NCBI GenBank assembly: GCA_002633005.1
Contig: NMRA01000300.1
Coordinates: 481,390 to 541,082 of the forward strand
Source: Phoronis australis
Lineage: Eukaryota > Animalia > Phoronida
Direction of reading: 5' to 3'
DNA length: 59,693 nucleotides
The notes under the pieces are model-generated. The model was not told where the DNA came from and made no database searches. It saw only the letters and a list, made by a program, of their open reading frames with translations. Position 1 is the stretch's first letter. The number at the start of each line of letters is the position of its first letter. Shown here in pieces: positions 23,443 to 36,830 of the stretch. The position numbers and the translations under genes were made by a program.

Positions 23443-25562
23443 TCAAAGAACCTCTCGAGCAGATCGTTAGATGCAACTCAAACAGCATCAGTGATATCAC
23501 CTTGGCTGCCGCAAAAAATTAAAATAGCAAGAGCGTAGGGAAATGTTGAGTTTATTAATTAACTCCGGCAATTAACATTATACAACGGAAACAAGATTTG
23601 AATGTGTGCAGTTTTAGTGTGTTTGGGGGGGGGGCTAAGTATAGTCTCTCCCGCGATATCCCAGGCGACCGGCAGTGGCGCTGCGCACTACGACTCCGTT
23701 TCCGTCGTCTGCTCATTATCAGCAAATTGAAACCGTGAACTGCGCATGAGCGAAAATCACTCAGTCAGCCCCCTCCAGGATACATGGGATTTGCAGAAAA
23801 CACAGCGTGGGGTCTTATTTATGAACCAATCACATTTGCTGATAGCACATAACATAGATAAGTATTGAAAACGTGGCCAAGTTTCAGCAGAATTGGAAAA
23901 AAAATATTACGTTTAACATGGTATGGCCAAAGTTTCGGCTTATTTTGTCGCTTCGATCAGTGGAATCACCGCTGAAAACCCGAAAGGGCATGTGAGAAAA
24001 CGATAATTTTCGACCAAGCCTTTCATGTGCGGTTAGGTGCCGATAGACCCAACAGATTTCAGTGTAATCAAGATTGAAATGTAGGAGTTTGAAAAAATTA
24101 GACAAAATTTTGTATTTATAATGGGGTGGCCCTAAATTGCCAATTTTGGCCTTTTGATATCAGTTTATTTTATCATAGACTATCATCAATGGGTCTAGTT
24201 AATTCGAACTTTTTGGTTCAATCACTGGTAATATTCATACCAGAATAGTAATAAACGTTTGCTTTATATATAACAGTTTGATTTCAATGCTCTTAGTTGT
24301 GCGTACAGCAGGGATTGGCCCTTGACCGGCCTATGAGAGCTAACATTAAACACTGAAACCAAAGTACACGTAGCTATGCCAGGAAAACTCACCTGAGCTG
24401 TTTACGATCCACTTCAGAGAAAAAGACGTCTTTGTACCTAATAAGAATTTGTGTCCGAGTTCTTCGGGCATGGTTTAAAATTGAAAGGAGTCATTACAAG
24501 TTGAATTTATGAGAATTGTATTGTTGCATTGCGAAAAACTAGTCGATTGAGGTAGTGCGAGATAAGGCAACGAGTAAAAGGACAGCTTTGACTTGCTTAC
24601 GAGTGGTGACTGATGGTATTGGCCAGACATCTGTATTAATATGTTTTGTCTTTCCTTTTTAACGGAATATATTTGAACTTTGGTAATTTTGGGCTACGTA
24701 GAACAACCTTCCTGGTGCTTCTGTCAAGTAGACACGCGGAGTGTGAGCGCTAACTGGTCCATAGACTCTATTCACGCGGCGGACATTAAAATCCAAAGCG
24801 AGGCTCACTGCGATAAACAAAGCGAAAGTAGACATTGCGTGAGTTAAATAGCCGGTCTTTCGAGTCCAACCTGGATATTGAATTTTAATGATGTGTCGAC
24901 AATTAAACCACACAGACGTAGAAAATTACATTAGAGAACAAGTTAAGACGCCAGAGAGTTGTCTGACGAAAGGGTTTAATTTTTTTCGGAAAACTAGGTT
25001 CGAAACATGAAAAGTAAATATGACCAAATTGCGGCGATCGTATTGTTACGGATTAGATATTATGCTGAATGCAGGGTTACGCTTTTTCTTGTAAACTGTT
25101 GATCAAAATACTTTCTACGCGGACCCCCCCAGGTCATCTGCTCGTATTGTTGACGAGTTGCAGACATATTCGACAGTGGTGGCTGTCATGTGCAATTAGT
25201 CACATCTGGTTTAATTTGTTTATCAAGAATATCAACATCAAGCATAGCCTGATCCTATGCACTCACTGGAACTAATAGTTGATTTGTCATTGATCTGAAA
25301 GAATAATTGATATTATTAAATATATTTTATTAAAATAATAAACCAGGCTCGTAATTGAAAATAAATATTATTTGACCATCAATTCTGCTTTCTTGGTTGT
25401 AATAATTCTTACGTCTATTTCATGTGTTAGATTTCAAACATCAATCTGGACCAAGTTGAATTTTAAAATTAAAACACCTAATTCGTTCGTCCAAAACATA
25501 ACCTCGTTTTAGAACTCAATTTCAGTTAACTGGACAATGCAATCATAGTTATCATGTTTCTG

Positions 25563-25847
25563 CAGGAACCTCGTTCATCCGAGGGGAAAGGTGTCAGTGC
25601 CTACTGAGAGGCGATTTTTTCGCTGAGTGAGGGCGGGAACTGACTGCCTCGCGATCACCATCAATAGCACCCTTTTGTGCTCTTAAAAATTGTCACCTGT
25701 GTGGTTACACGTGATGTGAACTCAGAGAGATTTTTCACTAGGGGAATTTTTATGCCTCGTGGGGGGAATTTCGCGTGATATTTCAATATTTTTGAGAGGG
25801 AAATAGGGCCGATATTGGGCCCCAAATTTGAGGGATTGAGGGCCCTG
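25563..25847. mobile_element. hAT-like MITE
   Basis: CAGGAACCTC...GAGGGCCCTG; flanks TTCTG/TTCTT. Confidence 0.5.
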
Positions 25848-25887
25848 TTCTTTTTGGAAAGAAAAATTATAATGTTTCAACCCGTAG

Positions 25888-26186
25888 CAGGGGCGGATCC
25901 AGGATTTTGAGTTAGGGGGGGCAGGGCACAGGAATAAGCAGCATTTCGGCAGATGCGCGCGCCCAGCCTAAAATCTGGGGATGCAGGGGTCTTGAATTCT
26001 TGGGCTTGCGGACCTGTTGACTAAAACAAAACGGTAAACGGGGTTCATTCAGCGCCTATGCGTTGTTTATTCACCCCCCAAGACCCCTTGGTTGCGCACG
26101 TGTGCTGTCAGCAATTCGCGGCACCCGAACTCAAAAATGGGATTTGATACAATTTTAGGGGGGCCATGCCCCCTCCCCCCTTAAAT
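25888..26186 (+). mobile_element. MITE family C, long copy
   Basis: Similar to 2022-2338; CGTAG on both flanks, with the last TIR bases deleted. Confidence 0.8.
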
Positions 26187-27944
26187 CCGTAGTCATGAAA
26201 ATACAGCCTGGCTGGCCGCATTCTCCGGTCGGATGCTTGACAACTGACCAAGATGTGACAAAGTGATCTAACTTGTCGAAAACATTTATTTTACACGGCC
26301 ATATTTTGCTTCGTCGCGGCGTATGGCAACGACCCAACGCTTCCGAATCTCAACGTCTTTAGAGATTGTAAAGCAGACAGTTGCGTGTCCTTATTTTTTT
26401 AGACGTTCGCGGAACAACACGGAATGAAACACAGACTCCTATGCCGATAAGCTAACAGAGCTATCGTAGCGAGCCTCGTTTCGGAACGCGCCTCCTGTTG
26501 GCGTGACTAGGGTCTATAATCGATGACCTAGTTTACGCAGAGAACCTTGCGGATGACCTACTTTACGTATTGCTGGTAATGTTCACTGTGCAATGAAGAA
26601 AATTACTTCATTTTTTTAACGAAAATGGAATCTGAGTAGAATCTGCTGGTAAGATGTAAATTTTAATCGAAGCCTTAGTGAATCACTCAGAAACTCATAA
26701 TTCTCTCTTTGTCAAACCTTAACTTAAGGCAATATCCAAAGCAATCGCGTCATTAATGCCAATACAAAAAAACGGATTTTGTCTTTTGGGCAATTGGAGA
26801 CTATTTTTAAGTACAACAAATTTGTTACGAACCGATTAGATAAAATAGAAAAAACGTAATAAGCATTACAAAAAGAAATAGGTTTCGCGCGCAAACGCCG
26901 TGGATCATAAACAAGAAGGTCTCTTACTAGTAAATCGAGAGTAAAATTGTGGTGGTGTAGTGGTAAAGCACGCGCGCTCTATCCGTAAGGTCGTGAGTTC
27001 GAGTCTGTGGTAATTGCTGTTTTTCATGTTTGACACGTTCTCCGTGTTTTTTTGGATAATACTTCAGGAATCAAGGAAAATGCTTGATTTGCCGAGGAAA
27101 ACACAGAATTTTTTTTCTGACCTCCCCCATTCGGTGCTATGCGCATCTAATCATGCTTTGCGCAAATGTTTTCAGACAAAATGTTGCCCCCCCTTGTGAT
27201 ATCCTAGATCCGCCACTGTATCAGGTTAGGTAAAATAGTACAAATGTAGGACAGAGTATGACTGCCTGGCGATATTGTTTAACCTGGCTTGGTCACATTT
27301 AGCTTTAAAAGGTGAGGTACCAGCACTTTCATCAATTATAATCGTTGCAGCTACCCCTTGTTATCCAATTGTCTCCTTGCGTCTTACATGTTACAGACAG
27401 TCAATCCTAGAACCATTCTCCAATGCAATGCAGCGCGTACCATAACCCCGCTTTGGGGGTCTGTTTAAGTATTGCCTCAGAGTGTAGTCGCAAAATTTGA
27501 GTAGCTTTCTTTGCAAGGACATTACAGTTTAAGGTTGGAATTCACGAAAATTTGATCTATCTTCTCTCCAAATTGACAAACAGATAATGTTCACGTCTGA
27601 TTACTCGTGCGGCATCCGTCGGATTTTACGAAGATTTTAGTGGATTGTGTACTAAATATGATCTGTTCTAGCGTGGATGGATTCAAGAAATACACTCACA
27701 CACATGACTGCTTACGTACCTAATAAATACATAGAGTTTCAAAGAGTAGTGCACGGACGCATTTAGTTCGTCTTATGTGTTAATGATTGTGCTTTGAGGT
27801 GCTGCATCAGATTAATTTGGAAACCGATTGTCTACTTTTGTCCTGTGTCTTAAATTTGTTATAGATGTGTGGGATTGTGAATTGGATTTTAACGCAATTT
27901 ATTTCAGAGGAAACGAAATAATGCTCATTCAACATAACCCATAT

Positions 27945-29226
27945 GTCCGATTTCATAAATGCTGTTTAACAAAGCCAGGTTTAAGACTTAAACCTGGTCT
28001 TTCTAAACCTGGTGCAAATTTTTGCTTAGCTTGCATTTCACCAACGCGGTTTAAAGTCTGAAAACATGGTTTTGTTAGACCAGGGAGCGGGTTTAGTAAA
28101 ACCGGCTTTAAAGTATCCATGTCACCCTACTGTTTCGATCTGGATTAACCCAACAAAAATATTGAAATGCGTCAATGGAACCTTGATCCTGTGGGAATGA
28201 ATGGCACACAGTAGTAGAGACAGTGCAGACATTTGCAGAAAAGGTCTGAAAAGTTTTCTCTTGGGGAAAAACCAGTATTACAGGGAATAATAAAATTATC
28301 GCCAAGCCAAATCAACGTAAACAGCAGACTTGGAGGACACATTGGCCCAAACTGGTTGCACAGTACCCGCAATAAGGAAAATGCAACGACAAACAGTTCA
28401 AGTACATTTGGAAACACTGAAAAAATGAAGGCCAGAAAGAAAATTTCATTCGTGAAAAATTGTTCAGAAAAACAGTAAGGAATCTAGTGGTGGACCTTGG
28501 ACATCCTGATCTGCCCAACATTTTTCATTTTGTGATATCTGTGCCCAACACACGTACACACATTAAAGTACATGCCCACGATTAGCCGAAACATAATGAA
28601 TTTCCATTGAAAGATATTTCTGTGTCATTTTTACTATTTATTTTTCCCGCGGCCAAGTCCTCTTCCCAGTTTCCCTTAAATCCACCGCTATCACCAAAGG
28701 AGGTGGAACTCAGTCAGAATAACCATAGACGATGCCCTCGTTAACCACCTCAGTGCTTACCATAACATCCTGCTCGACCAGTCGTACTTCGGAGAGTCCG
28801 AGGGACACCCTGCAACACGTACCACTCTACGTTTAGGCTCGTGTCGTCGTAAAACTACAAACTGCAATGTTCATTGTCACTTTAAAATTGCGTCGGTAAT
28901 GGACACACCGCGGCGATATTCAGCTGCACGGTTAAGCACATGCATCGATATCACGCAAGTATTCTATGCTTATCAGTTTTAAACATGAGTCTGACCAGGT
29001 CTAAAGTTAAACCTGGTTTGAGATATTAAAACAAGTCTAAGTAATCTGCTTTACGTCGGTGAAATGAAAACTGACTTAGACCAGATCTAAACTGGAGTTC
29101 AACCAGGTGTTACTAGACCACTGGTCTACAAGTTAAACCACATTTATAAAATGCGGATTATCTTAAAATCTTGTCTTAGTCCAATTCTAACCTGATTTAA
29201 CTTAAGCCACCTTTCTCAACTCGGCT
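27945..29226 (+). mobile_element. PIF/Harbinger-derived non-autonomous element with Myb/SANT-like remnant
   Basis: Ends GTCCGATTTCATAAATG / CCACCTTTCTCAACTCGGCT; many AAACCTGGT/ACCAGG subterminal repeats; peptide relics KRSEKFSLGEKPVL and KYIW/KMKARKK. A relative lies at 56211. Confidence 0.65.
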
Positions 29227-30989
29227 GCTATTGTATACGTATTTAGCATTTTAGAAATGATTTAGTTGGTTAGATTCTTAGTGTAAGTTTATAAATATAC
29301 ATAGATTGTTGACATGAATAATGTAACTTTATACTTTTACTTGTGTTGTAAAAAATACTAGAGACACTGTGTAGCTTTGTAGATAGTACCAGTTTTGCAA
29401 TAGAGTATGTTGACACTTTGAGGAGCACTTTGTGATGTTTCTTGGAGACATTTTATGCAATGCCACCGCACAAGTTGGGGTGACAGAATTGGATAGGTCG
29501 CATGCACCAAAGTAAGCGTCTCGTCTTGACGTGGCTGTAAGCTCAGCTGGGAGCTCACCGGTCTTAGGGCATAGGCGTAGTAATGCGGGCGGTGTAGGTG
29601 CATCTAGTAGCGGATTAACCATCAGGTGCCCCGAAAGGCCTCAAGACCAAAGGAAGATTTAGGCAAGACATAATCTTAGGGCGGGGTAAAACTTTCTGAC
29701 ACAAGTACAATTTATAAGAAACGAAGACAGCAATAGTCGCAGACGGAGTTACGAGCTCAGCTAACTTCCTCAAGTGAAGGTGGTCATTCGTCAGTGCAGA
29801 TGCAAACAAGCTCATGTTCAACGTCTCGCTTTACATCTAAATCGTCACCAAGATGAAAAACAGAAACACATGCCATGATTAGTTAAAATAATGAGCAAAT
29901 ACAATACAATAATATACATAGGAATAGATCAGCACAGCTGCATTGCACACTGAAACTTGCACAGCTGGTGTGGCCTAATGAGCTATGGAAACTGCCAGCA
30001 GGAAAGATACTTCACCGACAACACATGGCCGCCCCGAAATTTGCATTAGAACGAGGAAACATTTCATTGACTACTAGGCCTACACATTGCAATAGAAAAT
30101 CAATATGCGTATGCGTGTTTTTACAAATCTCCTTTAATCAAAATAAACCAGAAAAAAGTCATCACAACGCTTTCACACAGCCACCCAACGATTTGGCCGT
30201 CCCGGTTTACATGGAGAGAAGAGAGTGAGCCACCTAGTTTTGGAAATTAGACATATTTTCGTGTATATTATTGATGTCGGCAAGATGAACAATTTCAGGT
30301 CACGCATATACCGGTTTATCAAACTTATACACGTGGGAATTGCAGTCCACAGCACAGCACTAATACTTCGTTGGCATTGGAAGGACGAATAGATTTATGC
30401 ACCTGCGAAAAACTTGTAAAGAGTCAGAAAACAACAAATAACATGTGAAACTCCACTGGCAGGAAAACGAGGCAGCAAATGTGCCTGTCGGGTGTTTACA
30501 ACATTGTGGGTGAATACAGTGAGATTCGAGTGTCGCTGTGTAATACGGGACAGCACAATTACAATAACATCCGGTCAATACATGGCCATTTGAGTCTGCT
30601 AAGTGGAAGGCAAGAAGCGTGGCGACCTCTTCATGGGAACCTTGAGAATCCGGTGGATGATCAGCTGTCATGGTACCACCGTGAAAGAAAGGCGATTACA
30701 GTTGCCACCAAGTGAGACAACAAACGTTTTATCACCAAGAAATAGTCCGTATATTAAGTCTTTCTGCCGTTCTTGCAGGAGGAAAGTTGCCAAACTGTTA
30801 TTAAAATGTTCCGTTCTGCATACCAGGAGTTTTTCAACAAGAAATTTTTGGGTGTTACAATCTTGTTACGGTGTTTTACGGAAAGAAGTTACATATGTCC
30901 TAAATGAAAAGTTTAGTTCCTTAAAAGTGATGTGTTTCAGTAACTTTCTCTTTTTTCTCTGTAGTATTTACCTATGACTACTGTTGTCT

Positions 30990-31631
30990 GTGGTACTTAA
31001 GAAACCTTCTAAGTCAGAGTGTAAATGGTAAATAGAGTTAGGAGATACATTAGATTGGAAGAAAAAAATACACATTGTCTTACGAAATTACAAAGTACAA
31101 CATTAGATGGTTCCAATTTAGAAAATTACTCAGAATAATTGCAACAAATAATTTTTTAGTCAAAATCCAAGTTGGGGATTTTAATTTATGTACCTTTTGT
31201 AATTCAGCTCCAGAGACGCTGTCACACCTTTTTTGGGAGTGTTGTTCTCTACACGATTTTTGGAAGGAAATCAGAAAACTGCTTCAAAAGTGTCTCATTT
31301 AGCTTCCCAACTGTCTCTCTTACAAACGTGTTGTTCTTGGACTTCATGAGACGCATGATTTTCTATTTAACAATTTGCTATTACTAGCCAAACAGTATAT
31401 TTACAAGGAGAGATGTCACTTAATATTCACAAGTTTGATTCATATACTTATGAGTACTATAATGCTGAAAAACTAATTACATATAAAAAATTTGTGTATG
31501 ACAGCTTCTCTGCGAAATGAGAAACATTCATTGTTCTCTTTAACTTCATGTAGCAGTTGTTTTCTTTATACGAAATGCGAGAATGGTCTCTCTTGAGGTG
31601 TGCATGCTTGAATGAATGGATGATAAATAAA
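30990..31631 (+). mobile_element. Tx1/L1 LINE 3' fragment (zf-RVT region), pseudogenised
   Basis: WFQFRKLLRIIATNNFL..LCTFCNSAPETLSHLFWEC..FWK, then LLLLAKQYIYK; stops present; AATAAA near 31626. Confidence 0.85.
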
Positions 31632-31646
31632 GCTTATTTTAGTTTA

Positions 31647-31810
31647 TAGCTCAAGAAATCGTGCCATAAAAATGGTTAAACGGTGTTATTTCGACATCCG
31701 CTTATGTAGCTTATGCAGCTCAAGAAACCGTGCCATAAAAAATGGTGAAAGGGTGTTGTTATAGCGTGTGTTATTTCGACATCCGCTATGTAGCTTATGC
31801 AGCTCAAGAA
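31647..31810. repeat. Tandem duplication of a 70-85 bp unit
   Basis: AGCTCAAGAAA.CGTGCCATAAAA..GTGTTATTTCGACATCCGCT..TGTAGCTTATGC occurs twice. Confidence 0.85.
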
Positions 31811-32632
31811 GAATATACCGTCATTTTTGGGAATCTCCGAAGACTAAAAGTGATGTCGAAAGGTGTAAATTATTGAACAAACCACACTGTGAACCGCCAC
31901 ACGAGCAGCTAAACTTGGCAGTGTTGCTTGATTACATGACTCCAAGACTAAACACAAATATATTTGTTTCAAGATACGTATTTTTCAGTGTTGTGGCTAC
32001 AGTGTAAGTCTACCTTATTTTGACTCCAGGGTTTCACTCTTCTAGCTGCCTCTGTCTGGGCATCTGCTGGACCCAGTACTAGTGGTAGTCCACGGAAATT
32101 GTTGTTTTTAAGGATATTTTTATTATTTTTTATTTATTTTGTCCAAATGGACATCATTTTGTTTCGTACGGTAGCAAAAGTGACTAACATTTTTCGTTAT
32201 TCATAAAATCATGTATATGTACCCGTATCTGAACTTCTCTCAAAATTGATAGATTCGATCGACACAGGAGGGGTAATGGATTTCCGAACTCAAAGCCTTG
32301 TTCGAGGTGTTGTCACGAAGAAATAAACAGTTAAATTACTCTTTGTTGAGAGCCTCTACTTGAGTGTTTACCTAAGCTATGAACCTGAGTTATTTAATCA
32401 AAATGTTTCGCTCGAAGATTAGAACATAAAGAGTGCTATCAACCCAACCTCCTTTACTCGGGAAATCCCATCTTGGCGAAACTTAGCAGACGGCGGAATA
32501 AAAATATCGTTAAATCTTCACTGATTTTGTTCAAAATATCCCAAAATCTGTGCCATATGAGGTCTACATATAACTATGACTTTAAGGTGCATACCCAGCT
32601 TTACGTGAACATCTCACATCGGTGGCCTTGTC

Positions 32633-32782
32633 CAGTGGCGGATTTAGAGGGGGCCACGACCCCCCTAAAATTTTCCCATATTACATTTGGCAGTTCGCGG
32701 GTGCGAATGTCTGCAAAACAAAATCTTGGCTAATACTCTGCCCTGCTCCTACCCCCAACTCAAAATCCTGTATCCGAACTTG
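32633..32782 (-). mobile_element. MITE family C, reverse orientation
   Basis: CAGTGGCGGATTTAG...AACTCAAAATCCTGTATCCG; perfect TSD TTGTC. Confidence 0.85.
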
Positions 32783-33952
32783 TTGTCATTTGTCAGGTGA
32801 GTGTGAACGGTGTGGCATTCTTCGAATTTTCGCTGACTCCGAAATACGTTTCCTCGAACACTAAGTGTTTTTTGTCGTCGTCTTTACAAATTCTCGCATC
32901 ATGAACATACCACAGTCTGTTGAGATGGCATTCGAGGAACAAAAGTACACCACTGGCACTCCAAATCCTCCATTCGCATGAACTGAGAGACATTGTTATC
33001 AGACTGCAATTTAATGCAAGGCATACGTATTGAAAAAATAAGTTAAAATCCTGCGGTATAACCATCATACTACCATGAAAACTCTGGTATATGTTGTCTA
33101 AATTTTTGAAATCATGTTGGGTTATCGACTGGCTTACTGCTAAATATGAAAAATGGAAAGGTTTTCACTTAGGTCGATAGAAAGAGTGTCCTGACCGGCA
33201 CTTTACGGCATCATGTGGACTGACAAACCAATCAAGAGCTTAAAGATATTTCAGTCATAATAAATAAGAAAACGGTTTCTTGAATTTTGAACTTAAAATT
33301 AAATCGCTTAAAAAATCTCAGCGTCTGGTAAAGTGGCAATATTTCTTTGCTTCTTGGCAGAATTAGTGTAGCTTAAACAATGGAGGACACACGTGAATGT
33401 TGTGAAGCTACTGAAATTTTTAATCGTATGTTTGTCGAAGGTAAGTTCGTGAAACTTCTGTGGAACGAGATTAAGAAACTCGTTTTCTTAACTGCTTAAC
33501 ATGATTGATGTTATTTTCACATGTCATATTTTGGGTCAAGTTTGAGGCAACTAAGTCCATACTTTATTTATATATGCTCTAGAGATAAGACATCTCTTAT
33601 AGATTATAAACAATTTAAGTATTACATGCATAATTACTGAATGCTAAGAATTGTACAGCCTCATCAAATTGATTTTGGGAAGCCCTTATAACTTGCAACA
33701 ATCGTGACTTTATAAGTTAGATTATGTGTGAATTCGTGTGCGTGTGGGTATGTGTCGGTGCCTAAAACGATTTTCTTTGGTGCATTTGCTATTCACCTAT
33801 TTCACGAAAGTGCCATCTTCCCGCGCCATCTTTAAATACTGATCGAAAACGAGGCACACCGATAAAACCTCGTGAGTGATCATCAGTTGGCCATGGTGTA
33901 CTGTGCAGTGCCTGGACGTACCAATTCCAGTAATATCTCGTGGTATCCTTCC

Positions 33953-35710
33953 CAGGGATATACTTAGCCATTCGCCCAGTCGCCAATGCGAGTAAAAATG
34001 GTGCTGGGCGAGTAGAAGTTGACTTGCCGGTCGCCCGGTGGCGAGCAAATTTCAGAGCGCAAAAGCACTATATATCGTTTCCCAGATGAATATGAATAAT
34101 TTTCCTCCTCCTTGTGCTGTTTTTATCATGAATTTAAGGTTCAGTTTGGTCATCGTGTCGATGCTCCGGCAGTAAAAAAAAATCGGCGCAGTGCGACCCT
34201 ACCGATTCAGTACATGTCACCCGTTACGCGATTCGTCAAAAAAACACAGTGCCTGGTCGTGCACAAAGAATTTGTGGACTAGTCCGAAACGAAGAAAAGA
34301 GGGAGAAAGGTGGAAGACCGGTCCATGTGCTCATAGCAAATAAAATACCATATTTCTTGGAACTGATTTCTTATTGTAATGTACAATGTCATTTTAGCCA
34401 AAATTATTTTTATAACATTCGTCCTAATAAGCGCCCATGCCCCTATAAGCGTCCCCACTCGTTTTCAGACTTCGCTAAAATAAGCGCCCAGTCCATGAAT
34501 GTGTATATATCAGTGCGAAAAATGTCTTACCTCACAGTTCTAAAATTCTACAGTAAATGTATTCAATTTATCAATAATATCCGACAGTTCTGAAAAATCA
34601 TTGTGCGCGTAATTTCTAGTAGACCACGAGCCTCGCCGCTATGTCGGTATTTAGCCGTGGCTGTACACTTCAAACCATTCCGCAGTGCTTCAAAAAGAAC
34701 GCAAAAGATTTGCTGATCTTGCGCGGAGGAAAGTGTCACACTACATGGTCTGGCCCTGATCAGAACAGACGCAGCGTACTCAGGTCAACGGGATTGGTAT
34801 TGTATCTTTCCCGTACAGATCTTCTCCCACAACAGGAATCCAGATTGTTTTGTACACGAAAAATTATAAAAACCGCGAATCGAAACTTGGCCAAGAAGCG
34901 CGCGCTAGGGCCCACATATAACATGTGGGCCTGCTCAATGAGATAAATATACTACATTATACAGCTCATTGGGCCTGCTACTCTGGCAAATGAACACTGA
35001 TGACACGCACGCGCTCGCTCACTCGGTGCACACCAGCTGATTCACTTCATTACAAACGTCACGTGACAACAACTTATGTGTTCGTCCAGATTTTTCTCGT
35101 TGCGGGGTGCGATCTAGCGCAGATTTTGACTTAATCTGCGGTTAATCCCGACTCCGAGTGCACAGGAACTTAAGAATCTTAGGAAGGCTATTTGGGAGGA
35201 TTTCAGGTAATTTGAGTCGAAACTATTTTTACTCAAGAATTCAAGTTGTCCTATCGACGATCGCGAAGCAGCGACGCATCAATCGGCAAGTTTTCGCCCT
35301 GGGATTTCATCACATTTTTTTAAAAAGATCGTAATTTATCAACAGAGTTTGATAGCAATGCACCACAGTTTTGTAGCTAATCTGTCATAGGTTACACATA
35401 CGTCACAGCGCGTAAATTTGATGAATCCTAGCTTCCGATTTCACCCGTTTCGGAGACTAGGTTTTAACTGCCGTAGGCTACAAAAAGAGTCCCCCTGGGC
35501 GCTCATTAGAGCGAATACGGTAGCCCTAATAGATGGTGACATCAGTGCACGAAACGATGATTTTTATTTAAATTAGCAGCAAGTTTGTGGTGACTGGCGC
35601 CAACGGCCGGGTGACCGAACTTCGGGCTTGGTGAGCAGATTTTCTGGCTCCAGCAATCGCCCAGCTGGCGAGCACGGTTTTTCAAGACTAAAAGCCTGGG
35701 TATATCCCTG
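33953..35710. mobile_element. hAT-like non-autonomous element
   Basis: TIR CAGGGATATACTTAG / CTGGGTATATCCCTG; TCGCCC/GGCGAG subterminal repeats; flanks CCTTCC/ACTTCC (6 bp, 1 mismatch). Confidence 0.7.
34411..35522. mobile_element. pogo/Tc1-mariner-like MITE nested in the hAT element
   Basis: ATTCGTCCTAATAAGCGCCCA ... TGGGCGCTCATTAGAGCGAATACGGTA. Confidence 0.7.
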
Positions 35711-36471
35711 ACTTCCACACTTTTTCAAAAGAGGGAGAACTACTAAGGAATGGCTGAGGAGGGCAAAAGTCTAGTTGCCGTAAGTATTGGTATGTTTTTT
35801 GGAGATCGATTCAACATCAGACAACTTGATTTTTGGTAACGTTGATAAGTTTTTTGACCACAACACCTTGCAGGACGATGCCATGTTTGTCAAGGCGCCT
35901 CGTTTTCGATCAACACGACAGCAGCGCCCCGCGTTCGTGAAAGAGGTGAATAATTTTGAGATAAAAGTTATGAGAAAAAACATACGACCACATGCTACTC
36001 AATAAAATAATTTTTAGCCCTGGACAAAATTCATGTAAGTGCATATTGCCGTGGAGAAGGGAAACCATCCGTACCGGAAAGTCGGCTAATCGGTTCCCAA
36101 ATTTGGTTCCGACAATTGAAAGCTGGAGGACATGTTCAAGCAAACATTCGGGGAGCCTCTAATTGTGGCTAATGCGTTTCAGTTAATCATACGTCTATTG
36201 ACACAAGAGCCTGTGACCAGGCTGTGAGATTCGACTAGTGGCCGGGGTAAATCTGATCATGTAAAATTACAAAAATATTCGAAGCCGGGTTATACAGAAA
36301 TTAGACAATAACTACTGACCATACAGAATTTTGATAAAACCTCAATATGGTCAAATCTGCTGCATAGTTTGACCACGAGAACACATGAATTTGTTGTGAA
36401 TATTTGAATGCCGTACAATTCATATGTTGAACAACTGAAGCGATAAGAAAGACAGGCCGGGAAAAAAGCCC

Positions 36472-36830
36472 TTAGCGTCAGGTAGCCCTGCACAAAAGAA
36501 TTTGTCGGTCGGTTTAAATTGAGGCAAAAGGGGTGTAAGATAAGATGAGTACACATGCTCACTCAAATATATTAAACAAGTGAAATTATATATACCATTA
36601 AACTTTACTCGAGATTCAAATGGAAAATTGACGAACTTCGCCAAAGAAATTGCCTCATGATCTATTCGCGGAGCGTGCATTTGTAACTGTTGCTCTCACT
36701 TTTCGACGAAATCCGCGTTGGACTTTTCAAAGAAATTGCCTCAGGATCTATTCGGCGGTATACTTTGTTTGACGGGTTTCAAATTGCCTTTGTTATTTCA
36801 CGATCACATCTGACGTTCCCTCCAGATGTC
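36472..36830 (+). repeat. Family B, partial diverged copy
   Basis: AAACTTTACTCGAGATTCAAATGGAAAATTGA is shared with ~1672. Confidence 0.7.

Larger units (their letters stand above)
23714..26581. mobile_element. 2.9 kb TIR element with CATTA termini (CACTA/EnSpm-like?)
   Basis: CATTATCAGCAA / TTGCTGGTAATG lie exactly at the break in family D; TSD of 1-2 bp at most. Confidence 0.6.
23500..27218 (+). mobile_element. Family D copy (23500-23713 plus 26582-27218) split by an insertion
   Basis: The two halves match 7430-7700 and 7701-8393. TATCA flanks both ends; the left TIR is deleted. Confidence 0.8.

Noticed and set aside
18759-27218. The 915-aa gene as cargo of a transposon
   Set aside because: No TIR or TSD pair enclosing the ORF was found; the flanking elements each have their own ends.
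29330-29860. Minus-strand ORFs, with faint CR1/L2-like words (HLRKLA, LVHA)
   Set aside because: Too degenerate to call; at most an ancient LINE fragment.
30290-30980. Overlapping 78-124 aa ORFs, possible exon relic
   Set aside because: No recognisable domain or consistent splice structure.
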